Source: Ramazzottius varieornatus | Lineage: Eukaryota; Animalia; Tardigrada | Direction of reading: 5' to 3' | DNA length: 64,000 nt | Assembly (NCBI GenBank): GCA_001949185.1 | Contig: BDGG01000011.1 | Location: 1,474,597 to 1,538,596, forward strand | Shown: piece after piece, positions 12,209 through 24,700 of the stretch | Position numbering within the stretch: the first letter of the stretch is position 1 | Layout: every line of letters begins with the position of its first letter | Program-made: the position numbers and the translations under genes | Notes under the pieces: model-generated | Seen by the model: the letters and a program-made list of their open reading frames with translations, nothing else | The model's database searches: none | What the model was told of the DNA's origin: nothing

Positions 12209-12598
12209 GGCACCTTTTATAAGGTTGCAGTCTCGACTGTGGCGACATGTGATCATGAAACCCGTTTCTCACGGGGAGCTTTTGGATTGAAGGTAGTCGG
12301 AGAACTGACTCTGTGTACAAAGAGTTTTCTTATTTTTGATTTTAAGCGTGCACTGTCACGGTTTACCAGTTTCCTTGTCTCACACTGTACTCACTCTTGT
12401 CGAGGCTTTCAGAAGCGCTTTTGTTTTATCGAAGATGATAATGTATGTCAGACTGGATAGCTGTCATGAAGTTATTCGGGACTAAGATTTAGGGGGAAGA
12501 GATTTTCTTTCGTGACGACTTATCCGGGTTCCGTAAGTGCGGCGCTTCATCTCGTTGTCGGCTTCGGCTTCCCATGACGTCTGGAGGTCACCAAACTC

Positions 12599-13258
12599 TT
12601 ATCGGTGCCGGAAGAGGTTTCCTCTATTCTAAATTACGGCGCTTCGGAAAAACTCACGAAGATTAAACGTTCCCTCTGCCAGGTTTCATCAGCATTCTTT
12701 CAAAGATGCTCACTGGCATCAGGCGCCGAACAGGCTTGGGTCGTTGCTTGTACATCGCTCGAAGACGCTCCGCCGGCGACAAGATAGAAAAGAACCTCTG
12801 TAGATCAAAACTGATGATCTCGAGAAAACAAGAATGGGAAATACCACGATCGATACTTGGGAGCTCGGCGGACGAGCTCGACAAGATTAGTTTTTCGGGT
12901 GGCGCACGTTGCCAGTATAATCAGCTGAACGTGTGCGCCACGTGGAACAGCGATCTCGGCAGTTTCATTACCGATGCAGTCTTGCTCTTACTTTTGTGGG
13001 TGCTGGTTCGACGATTTGGGAGAGTTCAGCCAGGAATCCTCCAGGTACGACAAGCGGACTTGCGCCGCTGTTCATTTCAATGTTATCGTCCATCGTCGTA
13101 GGTGGCGCAATCTGGGAAGGAATTTGTGGGGACGAGGCCCAGTTCTGATCATCACCGTACGACACTTCCGGTTCAATCAACTCCTCGGATGGAACGATAG
13201 CAGCGAGGGCCTTACTGTGCCACAGTATCCACAACAGACCAAAAGAAGTCTGTAACAT
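12599..13258 (-). CDS. Candidate neuropeptide/prohormone precursor (~126 aa)
   Basis: Signal peptide MLQTSFGLLWILWHSKALA, then an acidic Pro-rich spacer. Splicing 13258-12992 to 12797-12714 creates a KR site followed by FFSILSPAERLRAMYKQRPKPVRRLMP. Probable last exon 12628-12599 (NRGNLFRHR*). Confidence 0.6.
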
Positions 13259-13791
13259 GGTGGAAGCTATCCAGAAACGAAGTTCTGGAAAATACAGGCG
13301 ACAGACACAAAACTAAACTGTCGTGCGATGGATCTTTATAAAGATGGACGGTAGGAATTCCACTCTTTACGCACGAGGATCTTACGATTGACGCTCGGTC
13401 GTGAAACAGGAATACTTTGCTGGGCCTTTAATCTGGAGGATGGTTCGAGGAGTTCGTGACTTAACTGTCACGCGTCTGCTGAGGTTCATGGTTCTTCACT
13501 CTACCGGCTGATCTGCGAAAGGCCTGGTGACAGCATCAAAGGGATCCCGAGGCTGATATCTCGAGGACAGTACGTGACTGGGTAAAGGTTATGGCAATGC
13601 AAACCAGGAACGTCCCAATGGAGGTCTTCGCCGGAGATAAAAACGTATCACCAAAAATCATTTAGAAAAGAAGAATTTTTTGTAACAGATACAGTACAAG
13701 AACACATATATACATACAAAAACACAAAAATCACGAGCAATACAGTATCAAATAAAATATTCAAAAATAAATTCATTAACATGGAAGGATC

Positions 13792-15633
13792 TCAAATTAA
13801 ACTCCGTAACAAATTTTCTCCATAATTTCCATGCGGAGCCTCGCGAACCTTTTTGACCGGTACCTTCTGTCCAGGTCTCGACTGGAGGTACCATTCAGGA
13901 ATAAAGTTCCATCGAGAGCCAGGAGCTTCTTCGCTGACATTAACCCCACTCTTTCCCGGAGACCATTCGAACTTGTATGCCGCCCTATGTCAAACCGTAA
14001 GATACTGTACAATTTACTATGGCTTCGTAGAGCAGACTTACTTGTCATAGTCTTTCGCGACAACCTGGCCAACAAATTTCAGGAACCCATCCAGGAAATT
14101 CAGACAGACTTCCTGCTTCCACACGCTATCCTTCAGCCCATGTCTCGATGCTTCCTCTTATAGCAAAAAAACTGAAAACTGATTTCTCAGGACCACGAAA
14201 TATATTTACGAACTTTTGCCAGCAGAGGTAACTTTACAGTGGCGACTTCCTCCGTCTTCTCGACGACGCCATCGCCGTTACGAAAGCCAATGAGGATCTT
14301 GGGTACTCCGCAGATAGCGCTTTGAGCCCAATACTTCAACAACTTTGGACCACTGCGAGCAAAAGAAGAAAAAAACAGGAACTCGATAGACATACGACGA
14401 GACCGCTCTTTCAAGTGGCGCACGCGCTCAACAGATAACGTGAAAAACGTGCGCCACTTGGGAAAACAATCTAATCGAGCGGCGCACGTTTTCGGTGTTA
14501 TTGGCCAACAGAGTGCGCCACTCGAAAAAGCGAGCTTGTCGAGCTTGTTTACCGAGCCCTTAAGACCATTATTGTAGCCCAACAGTACTATAAAAACCTG
14601 TTGGTACCATAGAAAGGTTTGTTTGACGCTGAGATCCAGCCCCGGATAGAGCTTGGTGGTCTTCAACTCCACGTAACAGAAGGGCGCCGGCGTTGTCGGT
14701 GGTGCCTTGGGGTCCAGACAGTCCATCTCTCCTACCAACAGAATCCCTGTATCGCTCAGCTTGGTGTAGATGACCGAGTGAAAGCCTTCAGAGTTGTTGA
14801 TAGGTCCTTGAAAGGCTTGTGGATCTTCTGGGGGAACCTGCATGTATTGCTCAAACTTGTAACCCCTGAAAGGAGGAAGTCAAAAAACTCTTCATGGATC
14901 AAAATCGCGAAAATCATTCTTGTCCACTGGCGCACGGTTCTAGCCAGTAACACGGGAAACGTGCGCCAGTTGGGAAGACGGTCTTGTCGAGCGGGTTTCC
15001 CGAGCTTCAGTTGATAGAATCTTTACCAGTACATAAAATTTTCCTTCTCTTCAGTCCCGTTCTCCCAACGATATACATCTTGTTCCGTTTCGAACTTGGT
15101 CAAGTAGAGGACTCCGTCGATGCGACAAACAACGAAGATCCAGCCGTCATTCTTCTCGTACGGCGTCATCATCAAATCGGTGAGGCTTCCTCGCACGCAA
15201 ACGACCAGCTCCTTCTTACGAGACCTAAAAAGATCTTTTCTAAAACAACCGTCCTAAAAATAGGGAAAACAATAGTACGAACTGAGCGAACTTACTTGTG
15301 GCTCTGTTTGCGGAAGAGGAATTCTTGAGGGTGGAGGAGGATCCAGTGCAAGAAATGGTCCAAATGTTCATTCATCCTGGCGCCTTCGTCGAACTTCTTA
15401 TAGGTATCGAAGCCTTCCTTGAGGTCCAGGGAGAGTGGGTAGGATGGTCGGCGGAGCAGCAGCCTCAGTCCCCGGGCGTCATCGTGGAATTCACGTCGGG
15501 TTTCGTTCACATAGGAAAGGGAGAAGCAGCCGATTTCCGCAGGTTCCGAGAGGTCAGGCAGCGCTTTCTGGAACTGATGGACATCTTTCGTCGACGAGGA
15601 CGGGAACGTAACATGAAGACGACGGGAATCCAT
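13792..15633 (-). CDS. DXO: Decapping exoribonuclease DXO/Dom3Z/Rai1 family
   Basis: Motifs EIGCFS, LDLKEGF, RGSLTDLMMTPYE, WGYKFEQYM, GEMDC, YVELKT, KLLKYWAQS...VPKILIGFR, WKQEVCLNFL, FIPEWY across ~6 exons (15633-15296, 15224-15027, 14866-~14607, ~14352-14212, ~14157-14042, ~13984-13792). Confidence 0.93.
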
Positions 15634-15949
15634 TGTTCACAAACTTCTGAGTGCTCGCAGAGAGGCCGAAACAGAAGGAGTGAAGTGGCCGGTGTCCAGT
15701 CTGGTCTGCAAAGATTCATAACTATGGTCTTCCGGTCCTCAAGGGTCAAGCTGTTTTCAGGTGTTCAAGGCTAACTGGCACGGACTGCACTAGTTGCCCT
15801 GGGCGAACAGCTTTCGCCCAGCTGTAGGTTTTAATTTTCGGAATTTTATCTTCCGAGACATATTCTCATTTTGTTTTCCTTCCAGTTGCCGAATCGGCTT
15901 CCCTAGCAATTCCCATTTGCAAGTTGATATCATCTTGGAAGCAGACACC

Positions 15950-16429
15950 ATGAAGCTTGTACGTTTCCTCATGAAGCTCAGTCATGAGACAGTAACAATC
16001 GAGCTGAAGAATGGCACAGTTGTGACTGGGACAATCACAGGTAAGCCTTTGATGATTTATATTCTCGGATATCCTTCTTATAATGTTACCTTACAGGAGT
16101 CGATCCTGCCATGAATACTCATCTGCGCGCCGTGAAAATGGCACCGAAAGGCAGAGATGTAATGTCGCTAGAATCCCTGTCCATCCGTGGGAACAATATT
16201 CGCTACTATATCTTACCTGAAAATCTGCCTCTCGATTCGCTCCTTATCGACGACACGCCAAAAGCCAAGATCAAGAGAAGAGAAGCGCGACTTGGTCGAG
16301 GACGAGGTAGGAATCCTTCGTTATGTCGGTGTAGACTAGTCTGAACTTGGAATGGTGTTTGCAGGTCGGGGAAGCAGAGGAGGTCCGGGAATGCGTGGTC
16401 GTGGACGTGGACGAGGCGGACGGCGTTGA
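15950..16429 (+). CDS. SNRPD1: Small nuclear ribonucleoprotein Sm D1
   Basis: [23 protein letters not shown]...MNTHL...[14 protein letters not shown]...LLIDD plus RG-repeat tail. Exons 15950-16040, 16097-16306, 16365-16429. Confidence 0.98.
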
Positions 16430-16813
16430 TCTGCTGCTCCTTCTTATCGCTTCACATTCGACTAGGATCCCTCTTGTTACGTTGAGAAGGATCCCGCCTA
16501 TGACTTTTAACGTTCTTCGCTGTTTGTAGAATCACTTGTAGCGGAGGAGAATATTTTTAAAATATTTTTCGAGCCAAAGCCCGAAATTCTGCGTATAGCG
16601 TTGGCCTGTTCGTTGATTCTCAGCCAGATGTTGATTGACACAATCAGAGAAGCTCGTTCCCTTTGCTTCGCCGACTTTACTGATGGCGGCTGTTCTCGTT
16701 GTTCCATTTGTTCCAACTCACTGTGCCGATTGATTGTTGATTAAACAACGACAGTGAGATTTGAAAAATCTAAAATTGATGAGCTTTTCGACTTGTGCGA
16801 GTTCGGCTCTTTC

Positions 16814-17740
16814 TTAAAAATACGAGAACAGAGATCTCCTGCTCTTTCTTGCACCATCCAAAGGATTGAAATATGCGGAAGAGAATATTCTAAAGATATT
16901 ACGGACTTCATCCACGGTAGCCACAGACCGTAAAGGCAGAGAAAGGACGTTGAAAAGCTCGATATTAATTTCTGAGAGACTATCTCGCGCAGCTGCTTGC
17001 AGAAGCTTGTAACGCAAAAATGTGTCATTTTTCTGATCCATCCGTATAACGTGGACGAAATCGACGATCAGGAAAACCATTTCGTTGGCCAGGAAGGACA
17101 GTGTAAGCTGAAGAAGAGGAGTAAGTATTTCCGCAGGAATTCTCAGTCTATCAAACCAGGAAGAACCAATCTTGAGCTTTTCCACAGCGTTCTTCTTCTC
17201 ACGCTTCTCCTGTGGTTTTAGGAAAGGAAAAGAACTTCTTCTGGCATCCGCATAAGCAAGATACTCTTTCTCTTTCATAGCTTCCGTGACGACGTTGCCC
17301 CGGAGAAGTCGCGCACGTTTGACGGAGGGTTTTACTTCATTTGTCTCCGTCAAATCCCGCAGTTCTTCCGCGGACAATCCAAGAGATTCCAGGGCTTTGT
17401 GTACAGCAGCTTTTCTGGAAGATGTTTTGGCTGTCGTCAGCTTAGTGCTTGAAGATTCCGTGTCTTTGTGCTGTATGACATCGTCGTACGCGATCAACTT
17501 CTGGACGAGGCGAGAAAGACAGCTCCGGTTGGGTGCGAGGAAAGCCAGAATGCGACAAAAAAATTCATCGGAAAGGGCTTCGTTCTCCTTCGTCTTCACT
17601 TCGGGTAGATTACTCAGCAAGAAGTTCATCTCGGACAGGACAGCTTCCCATACAATCCGCCATACTGCGCCGTTGGTCTCCTGGCAGTAGGGAAGGCCGG
17701 TGGCTGCGTGCAGGACATCCCTCACGATCGAGTGGCTCAT
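16814..17740 (-). CDS. SUPT3H: Divergent Spt3/SUPT3H-like SAGA histone-fold subunit
   Basis: Segments T-E-A-M-KEKEYLAYADARRSSF, SWFD, LSFLANEMVFLIVDFVHVIR and VDEVRNIFR match the Spt3 C-terminal histone-fold pattern (T..M...EY..F...R..SF; L.FLA.E.V..LVD.A...R). Single coding exon, preceded by an acceptor at 17765. Confidence 0.65.
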   Translation of the reverse strand: MSHSIVRDVLHAATGLPYCQETNGAVWRIVWEAVLSEMNFLLSNLPEVKTKENEALSDEFFCRILAFLAPNRSCLSRLVQKLIAYDDVIQHKDTESSSTKLTTAKTSSRKAAVHKALESLGLSAEELRDLTETNEVKPSVKRARLLRGNVVTEAMKEKEYLAYADARRSSFPFLKPQEKREKKNAVEKLKIGSSWFDRLRIPAEILTPLLQLTLSFLANEMVFLIVDFVHVIRMDQKNDTFLRYKLLQAAARDSLSEINIELFNVLSLPLRSVATVDEVRNIFRIFSSAYFNPLDGARKSRRSLFSYF

Positions 17741-18275
17741 CTGGACAATGCCAAGATAGCGCACCTACAAAGACACAAAGGAGTAACAAAAGGGTGCAAA
17801 CAGGAACGGCAGGATCGAACAAAACAGGCCGAACCGAGGAAGAAAATCCAGCATTTCAATTCTTCCACCGGAAATGCACAAATCGTCCCAATCAAGCGCG
17901 AGTACGCGAGATCAATCAAGTCGATTAGGTCAGAGCCGGGGAGTCACACACGTGGTCGTCTAGCTACATGACGTCACCCACTTCAAATCCGAAAATTTGT
18001 GTAAATCGATGCGTGGCTAAACGAGCAGGCCGGACTTTCATTATTCTGGGCGGCCGTGCCTGTGCGATAGCCAGTCAGGATTGACGCTTGTGTCCGTTTA
18101 GCCAACAGGAGGACCTCATAATTATTCACCAGGCAGCACTACAGTATCTAATCGGCGTCACAATTCGGAATTTCAGTCCTCCATTTTCCTCACTTTTCTC
18201 AAGTCCATCTCTTCCAAACTCTGGGAGATTCCATCGTTCCGTATCTCCTTGGACCGTTGTGATCTAAATTTGAAC

Positions 18276-19671
18276 ATGGGCGACAGGGATCGGGATCGAC
18301 GCATGTCCAACAGTCGTGTTTACGTGGGTAACCTTCCTCCTGATGTCAGAGAGCGCGATATCGAAGGTAGGCCATTTATCATGGGTCGTTTTCACACTAT
18401 CGCTTTGTTACGGGAGAAACAGTTAGAGGAATATTTGGCTGTACTCCGAGTGCCGATTCCGTGCTGATATTGTGTTTTTATTTCAGATGTTTTCCGCAAG
18501 TATGGTCGTGTGCAGCACTGTGATCTCAGAACCAACAAAGGCCCACCTTTCGCCTTCGTGGACTTTGAAGACAAACGGTAGAATTCTGCTTTGTATTCTG
18601 GAGGGATCTGTGACCATCAAAGAGTATTTTCTGCGATGGTGAATGTGGGAAAAGATGTTATTGGGGATTCTTTTTTTCAGAGACGCCGAAGACGCAGTGC
18701 ACGGACGGGACGGATATGACCTTGATGGCTACAAGATCCGGGTGGAATTTCCACGTGAGTTATTTCATCTCTGTTTTCATTCCGTTACGGGCTTGAATGT
18801 TCTTCCTTGATTTCCTCTTCGATGGTTTTGTGGGATAATCGAATGTGTGTGGTTTTTTCGTCGAACAGGAGCATTGAGGGATAGAGATGGTGGTCGCGGT
18901 GGCAACAGGTTCGGAGACCGGAACGGCGGGGGATTCGGCGGGCGGGGCGGCTATGGAGATCGTCGGGGCGGGGGTTTCGGGGGTGACAGGCGCGGAGGCG
19001 GCGCTAACCTGCGTCGCTCCAAATATCGCGTGATCATTTCGGGTAAGCGAGTGCTTGATTGGGTGAATTTGCTGGTTTACTTTACTGTGGTGACTGCTTC
19101 CGTTTCGGTTGTCTTCCTGTCTCCAAAGTTTTCTTCCTTGTTGCAGGATTACCTCCGTCTGGCAGCTGGCAAGACCTAAAGGACCATCTGCGAGAAGCAG
19201 GTGATGTCTGTTACGCCGATGTCAGCAAGGATGGCAGCGGAGTGGCAGAGTTCATGCGGTACGAAGACATGAAGTACGCCATCAAGAAGCTGGACGATAC
19301 CAAGTTCCGCTCTCACGAGGTGAGCTTACCTTCTTTCTTTTCATCGGGAGAACTGATTGTGAGAAAGGTGTTTGTGTGTTTTGCAGGGAGAAACTGGCTA
19401 CATTCGCATCAAAGCGGAAGATCGTGGATCGCGCAGTCCGCGTTCACCTGCTGGTCGAAGCCGTAGCCGATCGCCAGTGACTCGCGCACCGAGGGCCACG
19501 TCGCCCGGTGCTGAGGCCAATGGTGAGAAGCGTGGTTCGGATTCGGCAGCTGAGCGAAGCGGTGGGGGTAAACGCGATCGTAGTGGCTCGCGTTCTCGCA
19601 GCCGCTCGTCGCATTCCAAGTCGCGCTCCAAGACGCCAGCTTCGCGCTCTCCATCCCGCGAGCGGGAATGA
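18276..19671 (+). CDS. SRSF1: SR splicing factor SF2/SRSF1-like (two RRMs plus RS tail)
   Basis: [59 protein letters not shown], Gly linker, pseudo-RRM motif [23 protein letters not shown]. Exons 18276-18366, 18487-18577, 18681-18754, 18869-19042, 19147-19319, 19387-19671. Confidence 0.95.
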
Positions 19672-21798
19672 ACATCAGGAAGTCGCTGAACAATTCGGCA
19701 GGGAATGGAAGGAGGAAGTCTTGGAAAACAGGAAGGCATTGTTAGTGTTACGTATTGTATTTTTCAGTTTTGTTATCGAAGCATGCAGCTCGCCAGAAGC
19801 TGATGAGGAAGTGTAGCATAATCTTCTTGTCGTTTCTTTATCACTTTCCCGTTTTCGAACCGTGTCGCCATTTGTCTAACGCTGTTGGGATTTTTTCTCA
19901 GAGTTGGCTGAAGTTCATTACACACGTTGATGTCTGATGTTGGGACAGCTGGTGGGGCCTTTCTTGACTGACCTTCTCCTCGCTCGCTGGGAAACACTGG
20001 CTGACAAAACATTCGGTCGCCGCCGATAACTCTCTCATAGGACAAGTCCCGTTCTTGCTGTTCCTCTCTGTCTGGACTGTCCCTCGTGTAATATACGGAA
20101 AGTGGTCTCTGGCTTGTACGTCGAAGATGTGCAGAGTCGTCTCACAACACCGGAGGGGGAAGGAGGGAAGGATGTCCCTCTTTAGGCAGCAGCTCTCGGT
20201 CTTCTGATAGGATAGATGGCGGGGAAAACGCTGAACCGGAGGAAACAGGATTTGATCCTTCCAGTGTCCGGGGGGGATCAAAACTTGGCCTCAAGATGGC
20301 CGAAGTCCTTCCAGGGTTTAGTTCGAAAGTCCATCCGCCTTTCGATGTCCCAACAGGACCTTCGGGAACTATGGTATGGTATTGAAGAGCCGAAAGAGCT
20401 AAAGATATTTATCGTGTCGTTTCAGGTTGGTGTCATGAGCGAAACGTGGGACAGAAGAGCTCCCGTGTTTCCGTGTTGGTCAGGCACGGTTGACGTTCGC
20501 CGGAAGTGGAAGACTTCCTGTCTTTTTGTTGTCTTCTTATATTTTCTGTTTCTTTCTCCGTTTGTTCTATAGTATTATATTCCGTTGTTGATATTGCTGG
20601 CTAAATTGCGAGTTTCTGTGTTCTGTTGTCTTGCTTTGCGAGATACTGCTTCTTTCCTAATGCTTCAAGGTTCTGCGGTGTCATATTGACATTCTAAGAG
20701 TTGTGTAAGTACGTAACAAAGACCAGACATTTACGTTGACTCGCGGAATGAGCTGTGTAAACAGGCGCTACAAAATTCCTCCGGCAGCCCACGCGAGAGA
20801 TGAGAAGCGTGGAGCACAGCTCATAACTATACAGTCTATCGGGTAAGATGTTATGAGGCGCCAAGAGAGTTTACGCGCTTTCAAAGCGGAAATGGTAGCT
20901 CATGATGTCTCCTGGGCTCTTGGGATTAGTGATGCCGCCGATCAAAACGCTTTTGTCTGCTAAAGTAAACACAGGAGGTTGCTTCCTCTGAAGTGTGAAA
21001 CTGCCACTCTCCAACAGATGTGCACTGAGCTGTCGTAATCGGCTTTCCTGCCCTCGTGTGCATATCGTATCACTCGGAGGATTAGAGGATTTGGGATCAA
21101 CATCTTTTCCATCAGTATTCCATACGCATTTTCCAGCCGAGCGGCCGAGCTGCCGAGTAATCTCGGGAAGACTCCGATCCTGCTACTTCCGGTTGCAGAA
21201 TAGCCAGTGTCCGTTTTACGGTGTGTCAGAGCATTTTCGAGTGCGATAGGCTCAGTGCACATCGGGCACTCTGCCGCAGGCGTAGGGTATTGTAATCCCG
21301 TCACACTGAAAACTGGTTTGAGTGCCTCGCGGTTGGATGCCTAATTGCGTTTTACCGTTGTTTTAGACTATTACAATTACAGGTGTCCAGGTGTGATGTC
21401 CGACCGTTCTACTAATGATCTCACCCTTGGATCAATATTTTTGAGCCGCTCCATTATCTGGACAGAGGAGTCTTATCGTGTTGTCACAAGGATAAGAAGT
21501 TACGTCTAGGAATAATTGTTTGCCCCGATGAATGGACCCGTGCCCCGACCTGTTGCTGGAGCTTTGTGGTCCTAAGTTAGATGGTCAATCAACAATCAAA
21601 CCAACGGTAAGTGTTAAAACAAAGTTTTCCGCAAACTGTTTTTCTAAAATGTTCCATTGCCTCTCTAATGATGCCCTTCATCCGTCTAAATTTCAGGTCT
21701 CTGACTGGATGTCTGCGGTAATTTTGCCTGTATGGGAAGACCATGAATAGGTAACTGCGGATTTTTTTGGATTTATTGGAGCGATTATCGGATTTGCG

Positions 21799-24700
21799 AT
21801 GGAACAGCAGCTTCACCCGCTGTCCACGGCTGGTTCTACACTGACGAGATTCTACATCAAAAGGAAACCTGATAGGAGACAGTTCTTCCTTCGACTAGAG
21901 ACCGGTCAGCTCATCTGGACGGTACCTGGAAAGCGACAGATCGAAGGCCTTGGTGAGAATTCGCGTACAGTATTTGCAAAATTCGTCCCTTTGTACGGTC
22001 ACTTATGGCTGTTCATTGTGGCTGTGCAAACTTGACCTGGCGAGCCGCACAGCGCTATTTCATGGCGTGGAGTTTCTATTGACTGATGTCTAATCGTGAA
22101 CGCCACCAGACCACCACAAGTTAAAGTGTCATTCTGCGTCCGGTTGGATTGGCGAAGACTTCGCCATGCTTACACCGATCCCCGATATGCTTTGGAACTT
22201 TTCAGTGGATATCCGGATCATCAAGGAAGTGCGAAGGGATAAGAACTCGAAGGAATTCGAGAAGTGGCCGGACGAAGCGCGGAAATACGAGAGGACGCAC
22301 TGCATTGTGATTCATTACGGCCAAGAATTCCGCCTCGGAACCATAAGCTGTGTCGGTATGGTTTTGTTCCGCATTCTTGCTGTTCGATCGTCTAAGTTAG
22401 GCTCATCTTTCTTTTTTTAGTGGACTCAGAAGACGTGGCGAAGAAATGGGTGGAAGCTTTGCTGTTCTTGGTGAAGAGCCTTCCTGCCCACTCTTACGTG
22501 CAACAAGTCTCTCGGTTGGTGCAATCCGCAGACTGTATACAAGACCAGTCTCGAGGAATAGAACGTTACCAGATGCTTATGCCAATTGTCTGTTGAGTGT
22601 TTACACGGCTATATGTTGACAGATGGTTGCGGAAGGAATTCCACGAGCGAGAGCACCGCACAGCGTAAGAACATATCCATCCAGTTCCCTTTACAAGAAA
22701 AACCATTTGCAAGTTGCTGAGCTGGCTGTTTTTCTTTTAGAATTGTCCTGAACGAACTCAAAACTATCCTTTACCGAGTGAACTGTAAAATTCCCGTAAC
22801 ACGCCTCAAAGAATTATTCCAGGTAGATTGATTCTTCGAATTCCTCAAAGAAACCATAATCAAAATAATTATTAAGTGAAATTATTTGCTTTTGCTTGGA
22901 TCAAATTTGGATCAAATTTGGTTCAAATTTCTTTAGGAACATGACAGTAGTTTTCGCGGTGAAATTGGATATGCGGATCTGCAGACGATTTACTTGCAGC
23001 TGGTTCAAGCTGATCAGGTATGTCCTCCTGAGCTCCTTCACAAACCTGCATACGCATTAACACATTGTTAGCACTGGGTCGGGGTGGGCAGGCTGCTGTC
23101 GCTTCATGATTCTTACGGTTCCTCCCCGTCTTCGCTGCAGATTTTCCAGGAGACATTCGCAATCTACTCGAGGAACAAGAAATACTTCACGACGAAAGAA
23201 CTCCAGGCTTTTGTTCAGGGCCAAGATGACAAATGGGCGAGGGACGAGAGTTCCATGGTCGAGTTCGCTAGAGGCTTCCAGTTCGACAGTAAACGCGAGT
23301 CGCCGGACTGTCTCCTTGCCATTCCAGAGGTGAAGATTTTTGTAATGTATTTACAAGCCCGAGGTTTCTCTACGCATTCTTCTTCTTCATAGTTCATGGG
23401 ATACGTCTTCTCTAAACAAAATTCCATATGGGACTTTCAGCATGACAAGGTGAACCAGGATATGGATCAACCTATGACTCACTACTGGATCGCTTCATCC
23501 CATAACACGTAACTCAAGTTTTTTATTGTCATTTGATATTAATGAAGCTGTTTACCGATGTTGATTCAATTATGACAATAATTTATCAGATATTTGACGG
23601 GAAATGCACTAACTAGTGATTCTTCCGTGGAAGCCTACTCGAGGTGTCTCCGAATGGGCAGCCGGTGTATTGAACGTAAGAATGGCTATAGATCACATAC
23701 CTTTATAACGGAAAATAGGCGGTTCTATCACAATAGGTCACAGTAGACGATCCTTCGACGCAAAAAGATTTCAATTGTGGGATTTCGGAAAATAAAATCG
23801 GCAAGATTGCTTTCCCAAGTGGCGAACCGCAACAGGCATTAACAGTGAAAGCGTGCGCCACTCGGAAAAGCGACCATGTCAGTCTGTTCAACGAAGTCCC
23901 GTTCTCATCATGATCTTCTCATCTTTCCTCATTTTGATTCATTTTTTGGTTTTCTCAGTGGACACATGGGATGGTCCAGATGATATGCCGTGGATTTATC
24001 ATGGCCACACGCTGACATCCAAGATTCGCTTCATTGATGTGGTGGAGTGCATAAGGGACCACGCTTTCGCCACCTCCGAGTACGTTATTGGTGTTCCCTT
24101 TGGAAATCGTCCCTAAGTCTTTCAATAATCTTACGCTGTTGGTTTTAGTTACCCTGTGATTCTGTCCATCGAAGACCACTGTAGTCTCCCGCAACAGCGG
24201 CGCATGGCTCATTTATTCCAAAAAATTCTCGGTGGTAGGTGGTAATAAGATGATGAAATAAGAGGAAATAGTAAGACTTGAATGTCCAAGTTTTACTCGC
24301 ATGTACAGATCTCTTTCCACAGATATGCTCGTGACAGTACCGGTGGATAAGAACGAAACGAAGATGCCGTCGCCCATCCAGCTCAAGAGGAAAATTATCA
24401 TCAAGGTACTTTATCCTTTCGCTCTTTGTGCGTTCACTGCATAAAATGATAGTCCGACCATTCTGCTAACAAAAGCTCTTTCGGAAAAATTTCCGAAATT
24501 TTCTTACAGGTTTCAGTAAACTCCGAACCATTCTGGCGGCAGAATTTCTGTCTGCCGCGCGCCTGCATACGTTCGCATCTACGCTTATTGAGTTCGGGTG
24601 TATGCAGGTGGACGATCTGAAGGGGCTGCGTGTACCGGGTGGTTCGTGCACCTGCATACCAGGGTACCGATGTGTTTGTACTGCTCTGTGTATGCAGGTG

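Noticed and set aside
19672-20430. SRSF1-type 3' UTR intron for NMD autoregulation
   Set aside because: An acceptor-like TTTCAG exists at ~20425, but no convincing donor could be assigned without transcript data.
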